In this document: positions 25,957 through 34,762 of the stretch, one piece after another
Layout of the letters: each line of letters begins with the position of its first letter
Numbering within the stretch: position 1 is the first letter of the stretch
Assembly: GCA_963727525.1 (NCBI GenBank)
Contig: CAVSGO010000007.1
Coordinates: 1,024,001 to 1,088,000 of the forward strand
Source of the DNA: an uncultured bacterium
GTDB taxonomy: Bacteria; Krumholzibacteriota; Krumholzibacteriia; LZORAL124-64-63
Reading direction: 5' to 3'
DNA length: 64,000 nt
Program-made: the position numbers and the translations under genes
The notes under the pieces: generated by a model
What the model was told of the DNA's origin: nothing
The model's database searches: none
The model's input: the letters and a program-made list of their open reading frames with translations, nothing else

Positions 25957-27594
25957 CTACTTGGCACCCATGTAGGGATAACGCCACTCGCGCGGCGGAT
26001 TGAACGTTTCCTTCACCGTCCGCGGCGAGACCCAGCGGATGAGGTTCAGATAACTTCCCGCCTTGTCGTTGGTACCCGAGGCCCGGCTGCCGCCGAAGGG
26101 CTGCTGGCCGACCACCGCACCCGTGGGCTTGTCGTTGATGTAGAAGTTGCCAGCCGTGCCTTCGAGGGCGTCCTTGATCTGCACGATGGCCGCGCGATCC
26201 TGCGCGAAGACCGCGCCGGTGAGCGCGTACGGGCTCGCCTTATCGACCATCTTGAGCGTCGTCTTCAGATCCTTGTCCGGATAGACCATGACACTCAGCA
26301 CGGGGCCGAAGATTTCCTCCACGATGCTCTCGTAGGCCGGATCACGCACCTCGATCACCGTGGGTTCGATGAAGTAGCCCTTGCTGTCGTCGCAGCCGCC
26401 GCCGGCGATGACGCGGGCCTTCGAGCGCGGCCGCTTCGCCCGCGTGATGTAGCCCGAGATCGACTCGTACGCACCGGCATCGATCACGGCGCCCATGAAG
26501 TTCGTGAAGTCGGTGGGGTCGCCCATCTTGATCGCGGCGACCTCGGCGAGCAACTTCTGCTTCACCTCTTTCCACAGGCTCTCGGGAACGAAGGCGCGGC
26601 TCGCGGCCGAGCACTTCTGTCCCTGGTACTCGAAGGCGCCACGCACGAGCGCGGTGACGAGGGCATCGACGTCGGCCGAGGCATGCGCGAAGACGAAGTC
26701 CTTGCCGCCCGTCTCACCCACGATCCGGGGGTAGCCGCCGTAGCTCTTGATGTTCTCGCCGATGACGCGCCACATGCCCTGGAACACGCCGGTGGAACCC
26801 GTGAAGTGGATACCGCCGAGCGCCGGATCCATGATCACGGGGTTGCCCACCGTGCCGCCGCTGCCGGGCAGGAAGTTGATGACGCCCGGGGGCATGCCGG
26901 CTTCCTCGAGGATGCGCAGGATATAGTAGCCGCTGTAGACGGAACTGCTGGCCGGCTTCCACACCACGGTATTGCCGCACAGGGCCGGAGCGGTGGGCAG
27001 GTTGCCGGCGATGCTCGTGAAGTTGAAAGGCGTCACGGCGAAGACGAAGCCGTCGAGCGGGCGCTGCTCCACCATGTTCCACATGCCGGTGGGGCTGAAG
27101 GGCGGCTGCTCGGCGATGATCTGCTCGTAGTACCACGGGTTGAAGCGCCAGAAGTCGACCAGTTCGCAGGCGCTATCGATCTCGGCCTGGTACGCCGTCT
27201 TGCTCTGGCCGAGCATGGTGGCCGCGTTGAGCACCATGCGATACGGGCCGGCGAGCAGTTCCGCGGCCTTCAGGAGCACCGACGCCCGGTGCTGCCACGG
27301 CATCGCGGCCCAGGCGGCCTTGGCCTTCTGCGCGGCGCTGATGGCCGCTTTCACTTCCTTCGGACCGGCCTTGTGATACACGCCGAGCACGTGCTTGTGA
27401 TTGTGCGGCATCACGCACTGGCCGAGATCGCCGGTGCGGATCTCCTTGCCGCCGATCACACAGGGGATGTCGACCTGCTGGCCCGCCATCTCCTTGAGCG
27501 CAGCCTTCAGCTCCGCCTTCTCGGGCGAACCGGGCGCGTAGTCGAGGACGGGTTCGTTCTCGGGATCTGGCACGGTGACGATGGCATCGGACAT
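25957..27594 (-). CDS. pruA: L-glutamate gamma-semialdehyde (P5C) dehydrogenase
   Basis: PFNFTSIAGNL, GETGGKDF, FEYQGQKCSA, EEIFGP, NDKPTGAVVGQQPFGG; AAGGAG RBS before ATG 27594. Confidence 0.95.
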   Translation of the reverse strand: MSDAIVTVPDPENEPVLDYAPGSPEKAELKAALKEMAGQQVDIPCVIGGKEIRTGDLGQCVMPHNHKHVLGVYHKAGPKEVKAAISAAQKAKAAWAAMPWQHRASVLLKAAELLAGPYRMVLNAATMLGQSKTAYQAEIDSACELVDFWRFNPWYYEQIIAEQPPFSPTGMWNMVEQRPLDGFVFAVTPFNFTSIAGNLPTAPALCGNTVVWKPASSSVYSGYYILRILEEAGMPPGVINFLPGSGGTVGNPVIMDPALGGIHFTGSTGVFQGMWRVIGENIKSYGGYPRIVGETGGKDFVFAHASADVDALVTALVRGAFEYQGQKCSAASRAFVPESLWKEVKQKLLAEVAAIKMGDPTDFTNFMGAVIDAGAYESISGYITRAKRPRSKARVIAGGGCDDSKGYFIEPTVIEVRDPAYESIVEEIFGPVLSVMVYPDKDLKTTLKMVDKASPYALTGAVFAQDRAAIVQIKDALEGTAGNFYINDKPTGAVVGQQPFGGSRASGTNDKAGSYLNLIRWVSPRTVKETFNPPREWRYPYMGAK

Positions 27595-27682
27595 GGCATC
27601 TCCTTCGCGAATGGGCAGACTCACAGCGACTGATATCTCGCCGCCAAAGGTGACAGAGAATCCCGCACGAGGCAAGCGCGAC

Positions 27683-28462
27683 TCACTGATTCGCGATCTC
27701 GTCCTTCGCGAGGCCCGCCTCGTTGGAGTCCGGATAGCGCGAGATGAGATCGTTGAATACGGCCGTGGCCTCGTCGGTCTTGCCCAGTTCGCGCAGGCAG
27801 TAGCCGCGTTTGAGAAGCGCTGCCGGCGCCTTGTCGGTTTGCGGGAAGTCGGAGAGGAGCTGCGAGAATTCGGTCGCGGCCGCGGCGAAGTCCCCCTGGC
27901 CATAGGCCAGATCACCGAGCCAGTAGCGCGCGTCGTCCGCCAGTTCGCTCCGGCCATAGCGGGTGAGAAATTCCTGGAACCCCTCGCGCGCCGGTTCCAC
28001 GTTGCCGCGGCTACGATCGAGCATGGCCGCATCGAAGATGGAACGCCCCTCCTCCGGCAGCGCGGCCAGTCCGGCCCGGGACCCGGCCTCGGGCGCCTTG
28101 TACTCGCCGAGCGTGGGGACGCCGGCGCGGGTGGCGAGCAGGTCCACCCGCGCCGAGAGGTCGCGCATGTAGGCGGCGTTGTCGTCGAGCTTCTGCATGA
28201 GCTGATCGAGCTGATTCGACACCTGGTTGAGCTTGGCGAAGCGCTGGGCGTTGGTCTCGTCGCCCGCGTTCATCTCCAGCCGCAGCATGTCGGCCAGCGA
28301 CCCCACCTCCTGCTGCACACGCCTGTTCTGCGCTTGCATGTCGGCGATCTCCGCCTGGTTTTGCTGCACCGCCGACTCGATTCGATCGAGCTGGGGCGCG
28401 CAGCCGCCCAGAAGGCCGAGGCCGCCGGCACTCAACAGGATGACGATCGCCGCTCGCTGCAC
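27683..28462 (-). CDS. cpoB: Tol-Pal TPR protein CpoB/YbgF
   Basis: Lipobox LGGC, coiled coil, TPRs (ARYWLG, ALLKRG, YPDS); follows pal. Confidence 0.85.
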   Translation of the reverse strand: MQRAAIVILLSAGGLGLLGGCAPQLDRIESAVQQNQAEIADMQAQNRRVQQEVGSLADMLRLEMNAGDETNAQRFAKLNQVSNQLDQLMQKLDDNAAYMRDLSARVDLLATRAGVPTLGEYKAPEAGSRAGLAALPEEGRSIFDAAMLDRSRGNVEPAREGFQEFLTRYGRSELADDARYWLGDLAYGQGDFAAAATEFSQLLSDFPQTDKAPAALLKRGYCLRELGKTDEATAVFNDLISRYPDSNEAGLAKDEIANQ

Positions 28463-28474
28463 GATGTCCGCTCC

Positions 28475-29044
28475 TTACGGCCGCGAGAAGTGCGCGCGGC
28501 GGTTCTGCGCCCAGGCAGTCTCGCTGTGTCCCACCGCGAACGGCTTGTTCTCGCCGTACGACGTTGTACGAAGCTGCTTGCTCGGCACACCCAGGCTGGA
28601 CAGGTAGTCGCGCACCGCGAGGGCACGCTTCTCGCCCAGGGCCAGGTTGTACTCCACGGTGCCACGCTCATCGCAGTGGCCCTCGATCATGACGACCACT
28701 TGCGGGTGCTCGCGCAGAACGCGCGAGTTGCCGCTGAGCGTGCGCATCGCTTCGTCGTTGAGATCGTACTTGTCGAAATCGAAGAACACATCCTCGATCC
28801 CGATGGCCAGGGGCTCGACGGTGCTGTAGTCGATCGCCGGCGTCGTGTCCGCAGGCTCTTCCGGTGTGACGGGATTGGTGTCGACGGTTTCGGTAGGCAT
28901 GGTGGGCTCGCTGGACATCGTGGGATCGGTCTGCGGCTCCACTTGCTTCTTGCCACAGCCAATCGTCATGACGAGAGCGAAGAGGAGAACACTGAGACCA
29001 GCCACCATGACCAGACCACGGGCGGTGCAACGTTGACAATTCAT
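28475..29044 (-). CDS. pal: Peptidoglycan-associated lipoprotein
   Basis: Lipobox TIGC; FFDFDK, IEGHCDERGTVEYNLALGEKRA, SYGE, NRRA. Confidence 0.95.
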   Translation of the reverse strand: MNCQRCTARGLVMVAGLSVLLFALVMTIGCGKKQVEPQTDPTMSSEPTMPTETVDTNPVTPEEPADTTPAIDYSTVEPLAIGIEDVFFDFDKYDLNDEAMRTLSGNSRVLREHPQVVVMIEGHCDERGTVEYNLALGEKRALAVRDYLSSLGVPSKQLRTTSYGENKPFAVGHSETAWAQNRRAHFSRP

Positions 29045-29088
29045 CGTAGCCTCTGGCTCCTTTGCGCTGCTTGGTAACACGGCCTGGT

Positions 29089-30384
29089 CTAGCGCGGAGA
29101 CCAGGCCGGCGTGATGTCCGGTTCGTCGCCGAACGTCAGTTGACGTGCGTCACCGTCGACGACGTCCATGATATAGAGCTTGTAGGTCCCGGACCGGTCG
29201 GACGTGAACACGATATGCCGCCCATCGGGAGCCCAGCCCGCATCCTCGGCGTTGCGCCACCGACGGTCGGTCAGTAGTCGCCGGTTCTCACCCGTGGCCG
29301 CGATGATGACCAGCTGATTGAGGTCCCCCTCGCGGGTGGTGTAGACGATCTGTTCGCCACTCGGCGACCAGGCGGCAGAATCGTTGTACTTGCCCTCGAA
29401 CGTCAAACGGCGCCGCCCCGCCCCGTCTCCGTCCACGATATATAACTGAGGGGTCCCCGTCCTGTCACTGGTAAAAACGATGTCGCGACCGGCCGGGTCC
29501 CAGCAGGGGCTGATCTCGATGGACGGCATCGCCGTCAGCCGCCGCAGGATCTCCCCCGTCGGCGAGATCCGGTAGATCTCGGGATTGCCCGTCCGCGACA
29601 TGGCGAGGACGATCTCCTTGCCGTCCGGCCGCCAGGCGGCGCCGTAATTCAGACCTTCCTGCGCGATGATCGGCGACACCTTGCCCGTCGCGGTGTCCAG
29701 CAGGTAAAGCCCCTGTTCGCCCCGTTGATAGCTCGTGAAAGCGATCGCCTGCCCGTCCGGCCGCCAGCTCGGACACAGGTTGAAGGTGCGGTTGGCGGTC
29801 AGACGCAGGAGATTCTCGCCATCGTAGTCGACGACCCAGAGATCGCGCCGATCGCCCGTGCCTCGCGAAAAGACCACGCGCGAGAATGCCATCCCGGGTT
29901 CCCCCGTGAGCATCTCGATGACCTGGTTGGCGAAATGGTGCGCCGTCGCGCGCATCTGGTCGGGCAGCGGACGGTACCGCTTGTTGAGCAGGAGCTGGCC
30001 TTCGGGAAAGGAGACCAGATCGAGCGACACCGTGGTCGGACTGGGCGCCCCGGTCTGGCGCGCATCCCGCAGCGGCCCCTCCACCGACCCCTGGATCGCG
30101 AACTCGATCTTCAGGCTGTCGGCCCTGACCTGGTTCTCGGTGCGCCCCACGCGGAAGAACCCGCTGTACAGGAGATCGTTCGCAAGCACCTCCTCCAGCC
30201 GATCGGCCGCCTCCACCGACGGTACGCCACCCGAGAGCACGTCGAGGGTGCCCACGAGCAGGTCGGTCTTCTGGAACGCCGTCTTGGTGGTTTCCATGAT
30301 GACGTCCGGGATCGAACCCTGCGCAAGGGCCGACACAGCGGTCAGCAGGACCGCGAGGAGCGACGCGAGGGTGAACGTTCTCAT
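29089..30384 (-). CDS. tolB: TolB beta-propeller protein
   Basis: Signal peptide; AHHFANQV..LTGEPG; PD40-type repeats (WRPDG, WSPSG, FTSDR). Confidence 0.9.
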   Translation of the reverse strand: MRTFTLASLLAVLLTAVSALAQGSIPDVIMETTKTAFQKTDLLVGTLDVLSGGVPSVEAADRLEEVLANDLLYSGFFRVGRTENQVRADSLKIEFAIQGSVEGPLRDARQTGAPSPTTVSLDLVSFPEGQLLLNKRYRPLPDQMRATAHHFANQVIEMLTGEPGMAFSRVVFSRGTGDRRDLWVVDYDGENLLRLTANRTFNLCPSWRPDGQAIAFTSYQRGEQGLYLLDTATGKVSPIIAQEGLNYGAAWRPDGKEIVLAMSRTGNPEIYRISPTGEILRRLTAMPSIEISPCWDPAGRDIVFTSDRTGTPQLYIVDGDGAGRRRLTFEGKYNDSAAWSPSGEQIVYTTREGDLNQLVIIAATGENRRLLTDRRWRNAEDAGWAPDGRHIVFTSDRSGTYKLYIMDVVDGDARQLTFGDEPDITPAWSPR

Positions 30385-30391
30385 GGGTGGG

Positions 30392-31084
30392 TCACAATCC
30401 CTGCTTGAGCGTGAAGATGAACGTGACACCGAGGAAAGCCGACGTGAACTTGGCCGGCAGCGGCGGCAGGCGCGAGGCCTGCACGGCACGCAGCGCCTCG
30501 CGATCGAAGAGCGGTACGCCGCTGCTCTGAATGATCGTGACCTGGTTCACCTCGCCGCTGCGGTCGACGATGAAGTGCACGATGCAGCGGCGCTGGTCGT
30601 TGTCACGGAAACCGAGCTGCCTCGGGTTCCACTTGGTAGCGATGATGCCCTCGACCCGGTTCAGATACCAGGCGAAGGGAAAGTCGACGTCGGTGCCGCT
30701 CACGGCCGGCCCGGCCGCCGTGATCGGCGTCTCGGCCGGTTTCTCCTCCGGTTTGGCCTCCTCCTTCGGCGCCGGCCGCGCGGGCACTGGTTCCGGCTTC
30801 CTGGGCTCCGGCTGAGTCTTGCGGGGCACTTCCTTGGGCTCCAGCTTTTGCGGCGGCGGCGGCGTGGGTTCCACCGGATCCTGCGGCTGTTCCACCGGCG
30901 GCGTCTCCTGCGGCTCGGCCGCTGGCTGGCTCACCTGCGGCTTCACGTCGGGGAGCTGCGTGATCTGCACCTTCATGATGCGGCGAGTCTCCATCGGCGG
31001 CTGGGGCACGTAGGTGCCATACACCGCGATCAGGGTGAAGACCACCAGGTGCAGCACGATGGAGATGGGCAGACCCCGCGACAC
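30392..31084 (-). CDS. tolA: TolA/TonB-family energy transducer
   Basis: N-terminal TM with S...H motif, Pro/Glu/Lys-rich spacer, SSG...FDREALRAV; tol operon position. Confidence 0.8.
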   Translation of the reverse strand: MSRGLPISIVLHLVVFTLIAVYGTYVPQPPMETRRIMKVQITQLPDVKPQVSQPAAEPQETPPVEQPQDPVEPTPPPPQKLEPKEVPRKTQPEPRKPEPVPARPAPKEEAKPEEKPAETPITAAGPAVSGTDVDFPFAWYLNRVEGIIATKWNPRQLGFRDNDQRRCIVHFIVDRSGEVNQVTIIQSSGVPLFDREALRAVQASRLPPLPAKFTSAFLGVTFIFTLKQGL

Positions 31085-31088
31085 CGGG

Positions 31089-31484
31089 TCAGTCCTCCGG
31101 GTTGGCCACCAGGCTCAGGTTCACGAATCCAGCGCGTTCCACGGCCGCCATCACCTTGAGCACGAAACCGTAGGGGATCTCCTCGTCGGCGCGCAGGTAG
31201 ACGGGTAGCGTGTCCTTCTGCGGCAGATACGGCACGAGGCGCTCGATCATCTCGTCCATCGAAACCGGATCCTCCTGGAAGAAGAGCTGCCGGTTCGCGG
31301 TGACGCTGATCACCGGCCCCTCCTTCACCACCTGGGTCCGGGTATCGGCCTCGGGCAGGTTCACGTCCACGCCGCCCTGGATGTACGGCGCGGTGAGCAT
31401 GAAGATGATGAGCAGGCACATGGTCACGTCCACGAGCGACGTGATGTTGATGCTGGCCATGGGCCGCATCGCACCCTTGCGCAT
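31089..31484 (-). CDS. tolR: TolR/ExbD
   Basis: INITSLVDVTMCLLIIFM; VYLRAD..IPYG. Confidence 0.88.
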   Translation of the reverse strand: MRKGAMRPMASINITSLVDVTMCLLIIFMLTAPYIQGGVDVNLPEADTRTQVVKEGPVISVTANRQLFFQEDPVSMDEMIERLVPYLPQKDTLPVYLRADEEIPYGFVLKVMAAVERAGFVNLSLVANPED

Positions 31485-32239
31485 CAGATGCGCTCCTTGT
31501 CATGCACCTCGGGCCGTCGCGCGATGTCGCGCAGGGCGGGATCGGCAACGCCGCGGCCGCCGCCCACCTGCTCCTCGAGGATCGTGCGCAACCGCTCCAT
31601 CTCGTTGCCCACGAGGTCGACCTTGCGCACCAGGCTGTTGTAGAAGATCACCGCCGGAATCGCCGTGCCCAGACCGGCGATGGTCGTGATGAGCGCCTCC
31701 GCGATGCCCGGCGCCACCACTGTGAGGTTGGCACTCTGCAGCGCCGCCATGTCCCAGAAGCTGGTCATGATGCCCCAGACCGTACCGAGGAGGCCGAGGA
31801 ACGGCGCCACGGTCACCGTGGTCGCGATGAGCATGAGGTACTTCTCGAGGCGTTCGATCTCGAGGTAGGCGATGCGCTCGCTGGCGCGGCGCACGGCCGG
31901 CGCGTCCGCGAGCCCGGCCGCCTCGAGGGCCTGGTTGCACAGGGGCAGATCGGAGCGCGACTCGCACCACCGCAGAAACTCCTCGCGCGAGCGGCGTCCG
32001 TCGAGCCACTCGTCGAGCGTCTGCCAGAACTGCAGGTGCCCCCGCCGCACGCGGGCGAACGTGCGCCCCTTGTCGATCACCACGGCCCACGACAGCACCG
32101 ACAGCGCGGCGAGCGTGAGCATGATCGTCTTGCCCAGAAAGGTGGTCTCGGCCACCAGCCCGAGGATCTCGGCCGTCCCGAACGTGGCGAGCATCGGCGT
32201 GGCGAGTATTGGCGTGGCGAGCATCGGCGCCATGAACAT
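31484..32239 (-). CDS. tolQ: TolQ/ExbB (MotA family)
   Basis: APFLGLLGTVWGIM; VAPGIAEALITT..GL..AIPA. Confidence 0.9.
   Translation of the reverse strand: MFMAPMLATPILATPMLATFGTAEILGLVAETTFLGKTIMLTLAALSVLSWAVVIDKGRTFARVRRGHLQFWQTLDEWLDGRRSREEFLRWCESRSDLPLCNQALEAAGLADAPAVRRASERIAYLEIERLEKYLMLIATTVTVAPFLGLLGTVWGIMTSFWDMAALQSANLTVVAPGIAEALITTIAGLGTAIPAVIFYNSLVRKVDLVGNEMERLRTILEEQVGGGRGVADPALRDIARRPEVHDKERI
32183..32229. repeat. Three 15-bp in-frame tandem repeats at the 5' end of tolQ
   Basis: CGTGGCGAGCATCGG / CGTGGCGAGTATTGG / CGTGGCGAGCATCGG encoding PMLAT-PILAT-PMLAT. Confidence 0.9.
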
Positions 32240-32326
32240 GCGCGACTCCTTGCGCTAGGGCTGGCCCTCCGTGGCCCGCCCGGCCCCGGCAGGTGGGGCC
32301 TTGCCTCGCTGACGACCGTCTTCGCT

Positions 32327-32351
32327 AACGAAGACGGAACAGGAATGTTCC
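32327..32351 (-). promoter_or_regulatory. ECF-sigma-type promoter upstream of tolQ
   Basis: GGAAC-N16-CGTT. Confidence 0.55.
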
Positions 32352-32374
32352 CGGCGGGGGCCGTCGAACGGCGA

Positions 32375-32752
32375 TCAAGCGCGGCCCTGGAAGTACTCGA
32401 CCTCGAAAACCTGGCGAAAATCGAACTTCTCGATGAAATCGCGGAGCGAGTCCTCATCGCGCTTGGCGAGCAGGCCCGCCGCCACCATCTGGAAGACGAT
32501 ACGGCCGAAGTCGAGGGTCGAGTGCACCCCCCAGGCATGGAAGACATCGGTGGCCATGATGCCGTACCGATCCCTCCCGAGCATCTTGATGGCCTCGAGC
32601 AGGTCGGCGCCGGACGCATGGGTGCGCTGGTCGGGCTGACCCGTGACATGATCGAGGGCCTCGAGGACGAACTCGTAGGCTTCTTCGCGAAACGTGCCGT
32701 GCTTCGCGGCGAGTTCTTCAATCCAGCGGCCGATGGTGTTGCCGTCCGTCAA
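32375..32752 (-). CDS. Minf_1886-like conserved hypothetical protein
   Basis: AYEFVLEAL, HASG.DLL, YG.MA..VF..WGV.ST.DFG.IVF.MV..GLL...EDS..DF pattern. Confidence 0.75.
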   Translation of the reverse strand: MTDGNTIGRWIEELAAKHGTFREEAYEFVLEALDHVTGQPDQRTHASGADLLEAIKMLGRDRYGIMATDVFHAWGVHSTLDFGRIVFQMVAAGLLAKRDEDSLRDFIEKFDFRQVFEVEYFQGRA

Positions 32753-32800
32753 GACGCACCCCGTAGTCTGGGGACACGATGTGAGCGCATCTGCTCTGAA

Positions 32801-32828
32801 ATTGTACGTGCACTTCGGCGCGTGTCAA
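32801..32828 (-). promoter_or_regulatory. Sigma70 promoter of Minf_1886-tol-pal cluster
   Basis: TTGACA-N16-TACAAT. Confidence 0.75.
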
Positions 32829-32847
32829 CTGTGACGAATGAAACACC

Positions 32848-33993
32848 TCAACGCTCGCCCCCGGCCCCCAGCACGCGGTCGTACAGATCGATGTACTGTT
32901 TCAAGACGCAGCGCGCCCCGAACGTGGCCACAGCGTCCCGTCGCGCCTCCTCGACGATCTGCCGCCTCAGGGGCTCATCGCGTAGCACGCGCAGGGCAGT
33001 CCCCACCATGCCATCGATGTCCTCGGGATCATGGCGGAACCCGTTGGCGCCGTGGTCGATGAACTCGTCGGTGCCGCCACGGTCCGTGGCGATGACACAC
33101 ACGCCACAGGCCATGGCCTCCAGGGCCACCAGACCGAAGCTCTCGTGCCAGGACGGCAACAGCAGCAGGTCGGCCAGCGGCATGAGCGACTCCAGGTTGT
33201 CCACGGTGCCCAGGCTGTGGACCCGGTCGGCGAGACCGCGCCGGCCGAGTTCGTCCAGCAGCGGACAGAGGTCCGGGCCGTCCCCGACGAGCAAGAGCCG
33301 GCACGGCACCTCGGCCGCCACCCGCGCGAACACGTCGCCCACGGCCGGCACGTTCTTCACTTTGCGGAAATTCGACGCATGCACGATGAGCTTCTCGTTC
33401 GGCGCCGCGAACTGCGCCCGCACGTCGGAGTCGTGGACCGGCGAGTAGCGGCGCGTATCGACGAAATTGGGGATAACGTCGATATGGCGCGTGACCCCGA
33501 AGACACGTGCCGTCTCGCGCGCGAGGAATGCGCTGACCGCCGTCACCGCATCGCTACGGTCGATGAGGAAACGCGTGATGGGAAAGAACGAGGGCTCCTG
33601 CCCCACGAGCGTGATGTCGGTGCCGTGCAGGGTGGTGATCACCTTGAGCCGCTCGGGACCCACCATCTGCTGGGCGAGGAACGCCGCCGCCGCATGCGGG
33701 ATGGCGTAGTGCACGTGCAGGATGTCCAGCTCGTGGCGTTGCGCCACCTCGCTCATCGCCGAGGCGAGGCTCAGGGTATAGGGCGGATAGAGAAACACCG
33801 GGTAGTTCACCACATCCACCTGGTGGTAGAACACATTGGCGCGAAACCGGCGTAGACGCAGCGGGACGCTGCTCGAGATGAAGTGCACGGCGTAGCCGCT
33901 GCGCGCCAGGTTCAGTCCCAGCTCGGTGGCGACGATCCCGCTGCCGCCCTGGCTCGCGTAGCAGGTGATGCCGATGGTGGGCAGGCGGCTCAT
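32848..33993 (-). CDS. bshA: N-acetyl-alpha-D-glucosaminyl L-malate synthase
   Basis: IGITCY..GGSGIVATELG, HVHYAIPHA, TTLHGTDIT, HASNFRKVK, ESFGLVALEAMACG. Confidence 0.95.
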   Translation of the reverse strand: MSRLPTIGITCYASQGGSGIVATELGLNLARSGYAVHFISSSVPLRLRRFRANVFYHQVDVVNYPVFLYPPYTLSLASAMSEVAQRHELDILHVHYAIPHAAAAFLAQQMVGPERLKVITTLHGTDITLVGQEPSFFPITRFLIDRSDAVTAVSAFLARETARVFGVTRHIDVIPNFVDTRRYSPVHDSDVRAQFAAPNEKLIVHASNFRKVKNVPAVGDVFARVAAEVPCRLLLVGDGPDLCPLLDELGRRGLADRVHSLGTVDNLESLMPLADLLLLPSWHESFGLVALEAMACGVCVIATDRGGTDEFIDHGANGFRHDPEDIDGMVGTALRVLRDEPLRRQIVEEARRDAVATFGARCVLKQYIDLYDRVLGAGGER

Positions 33994-34745
33994 GCCCAGC
34001 GCTCCTGCGGCAGGTCGACCAGCACCGGCACGGCCGCACTCCGCAGCGCCTCGCCATATTCCACACCGGCGCGGTGGCCCCACAGCCGTCCGCGCGACTC
34101 GATACGCTGCGAGAAACTCTCGGTATTGATGTACGTCGGGCGGCGGCCGGGAGCGGCGACGAACTGGGAGGCGTAGCAGTTCAGAGCATCGCGCTTGTCC
34201 TGCCACGTCTCCGACACGTCGAAGATCAGTGACGGCACAGCGAACTCAGGACAGGTCTCGAAGACGGCTTCCACACGCCAGGGTTCGTCGTCCGCCGTCG
34301 CGTCCACCGGCGCCATGGGCCACCAGTGCGCCGGGCCGAGCGACGGCCGGTAGGTCGCGAGATGCGCGAGGAAGACAGCCCGCGCCACGAGCGCCGGCGT
34401 CGCGACGTGGTCGGGGTGCCGTACCGGTTCCGGCGCCGTGGCCACGAACCGCGGCCTGAGCCGGCGGACGATCGCCGTCACTGCCGCGACCTGCGCGGGG
34501 TCGGCGGCGGCGATGAAACCGTCCGGCAATGCGAGTTGTACGCGGCCCGTGAGGCCGAGCACCTCCGACGCCCGCTGCGCCTCGCGCCAACGCTCGTCGG
34601 GCGTCGCGTTGGATGCCAGTTCGCCCCGGGTGAGATCGCACACCCACACCTGACGCCCGCGATCGACCAGACGGCGCAGTGTGCCGCCCAGCGCGATCTC
34701 CGCGTCGTCGCTGTGCGGACAGATGCACAGGAGATCGAGGGACAT
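33990..34745 (-). CDS. bshB1: GlcNAc-malate deacetylase (PIG-L family)
   Basis: PHSDDAE, DLTRGE, RHPDH, YASQF, GVEYGE; coupled to bshA. Confidence 0.88.
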   Translation of the reverse strand: MSLDLLCICPHSDDAEIALGGTLRRLVDRGRQVWVCDLTRGELASNATPDERWREAQRASEVLGLTGRVQLALPDGFIAAADPAQVAAVTAIVRRLRPRFVATAPEPVRHPDHVATPALVARAVFLAHLATYRPSLGPAHWWPMAPVDATADDEPWRVEAVFETCPEFAVPSLIFDVSETWQDKRDALNCYASQFVAAPGRRPTYINTESFSQRIESRGRLWGHRAGVEYGEALRSAAVPVLVDLPQERWA

Positions 34746-34762
34746 GCTTCGGCTCCCCTCGC

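Noticed and set aside
32245-32372. Cobalamin riboswitch before an ExbB-like gene
   Set aside because: Too short and lacks the ordered conserved boxes; downstream genes are tol-pal, not a TonB uptake system
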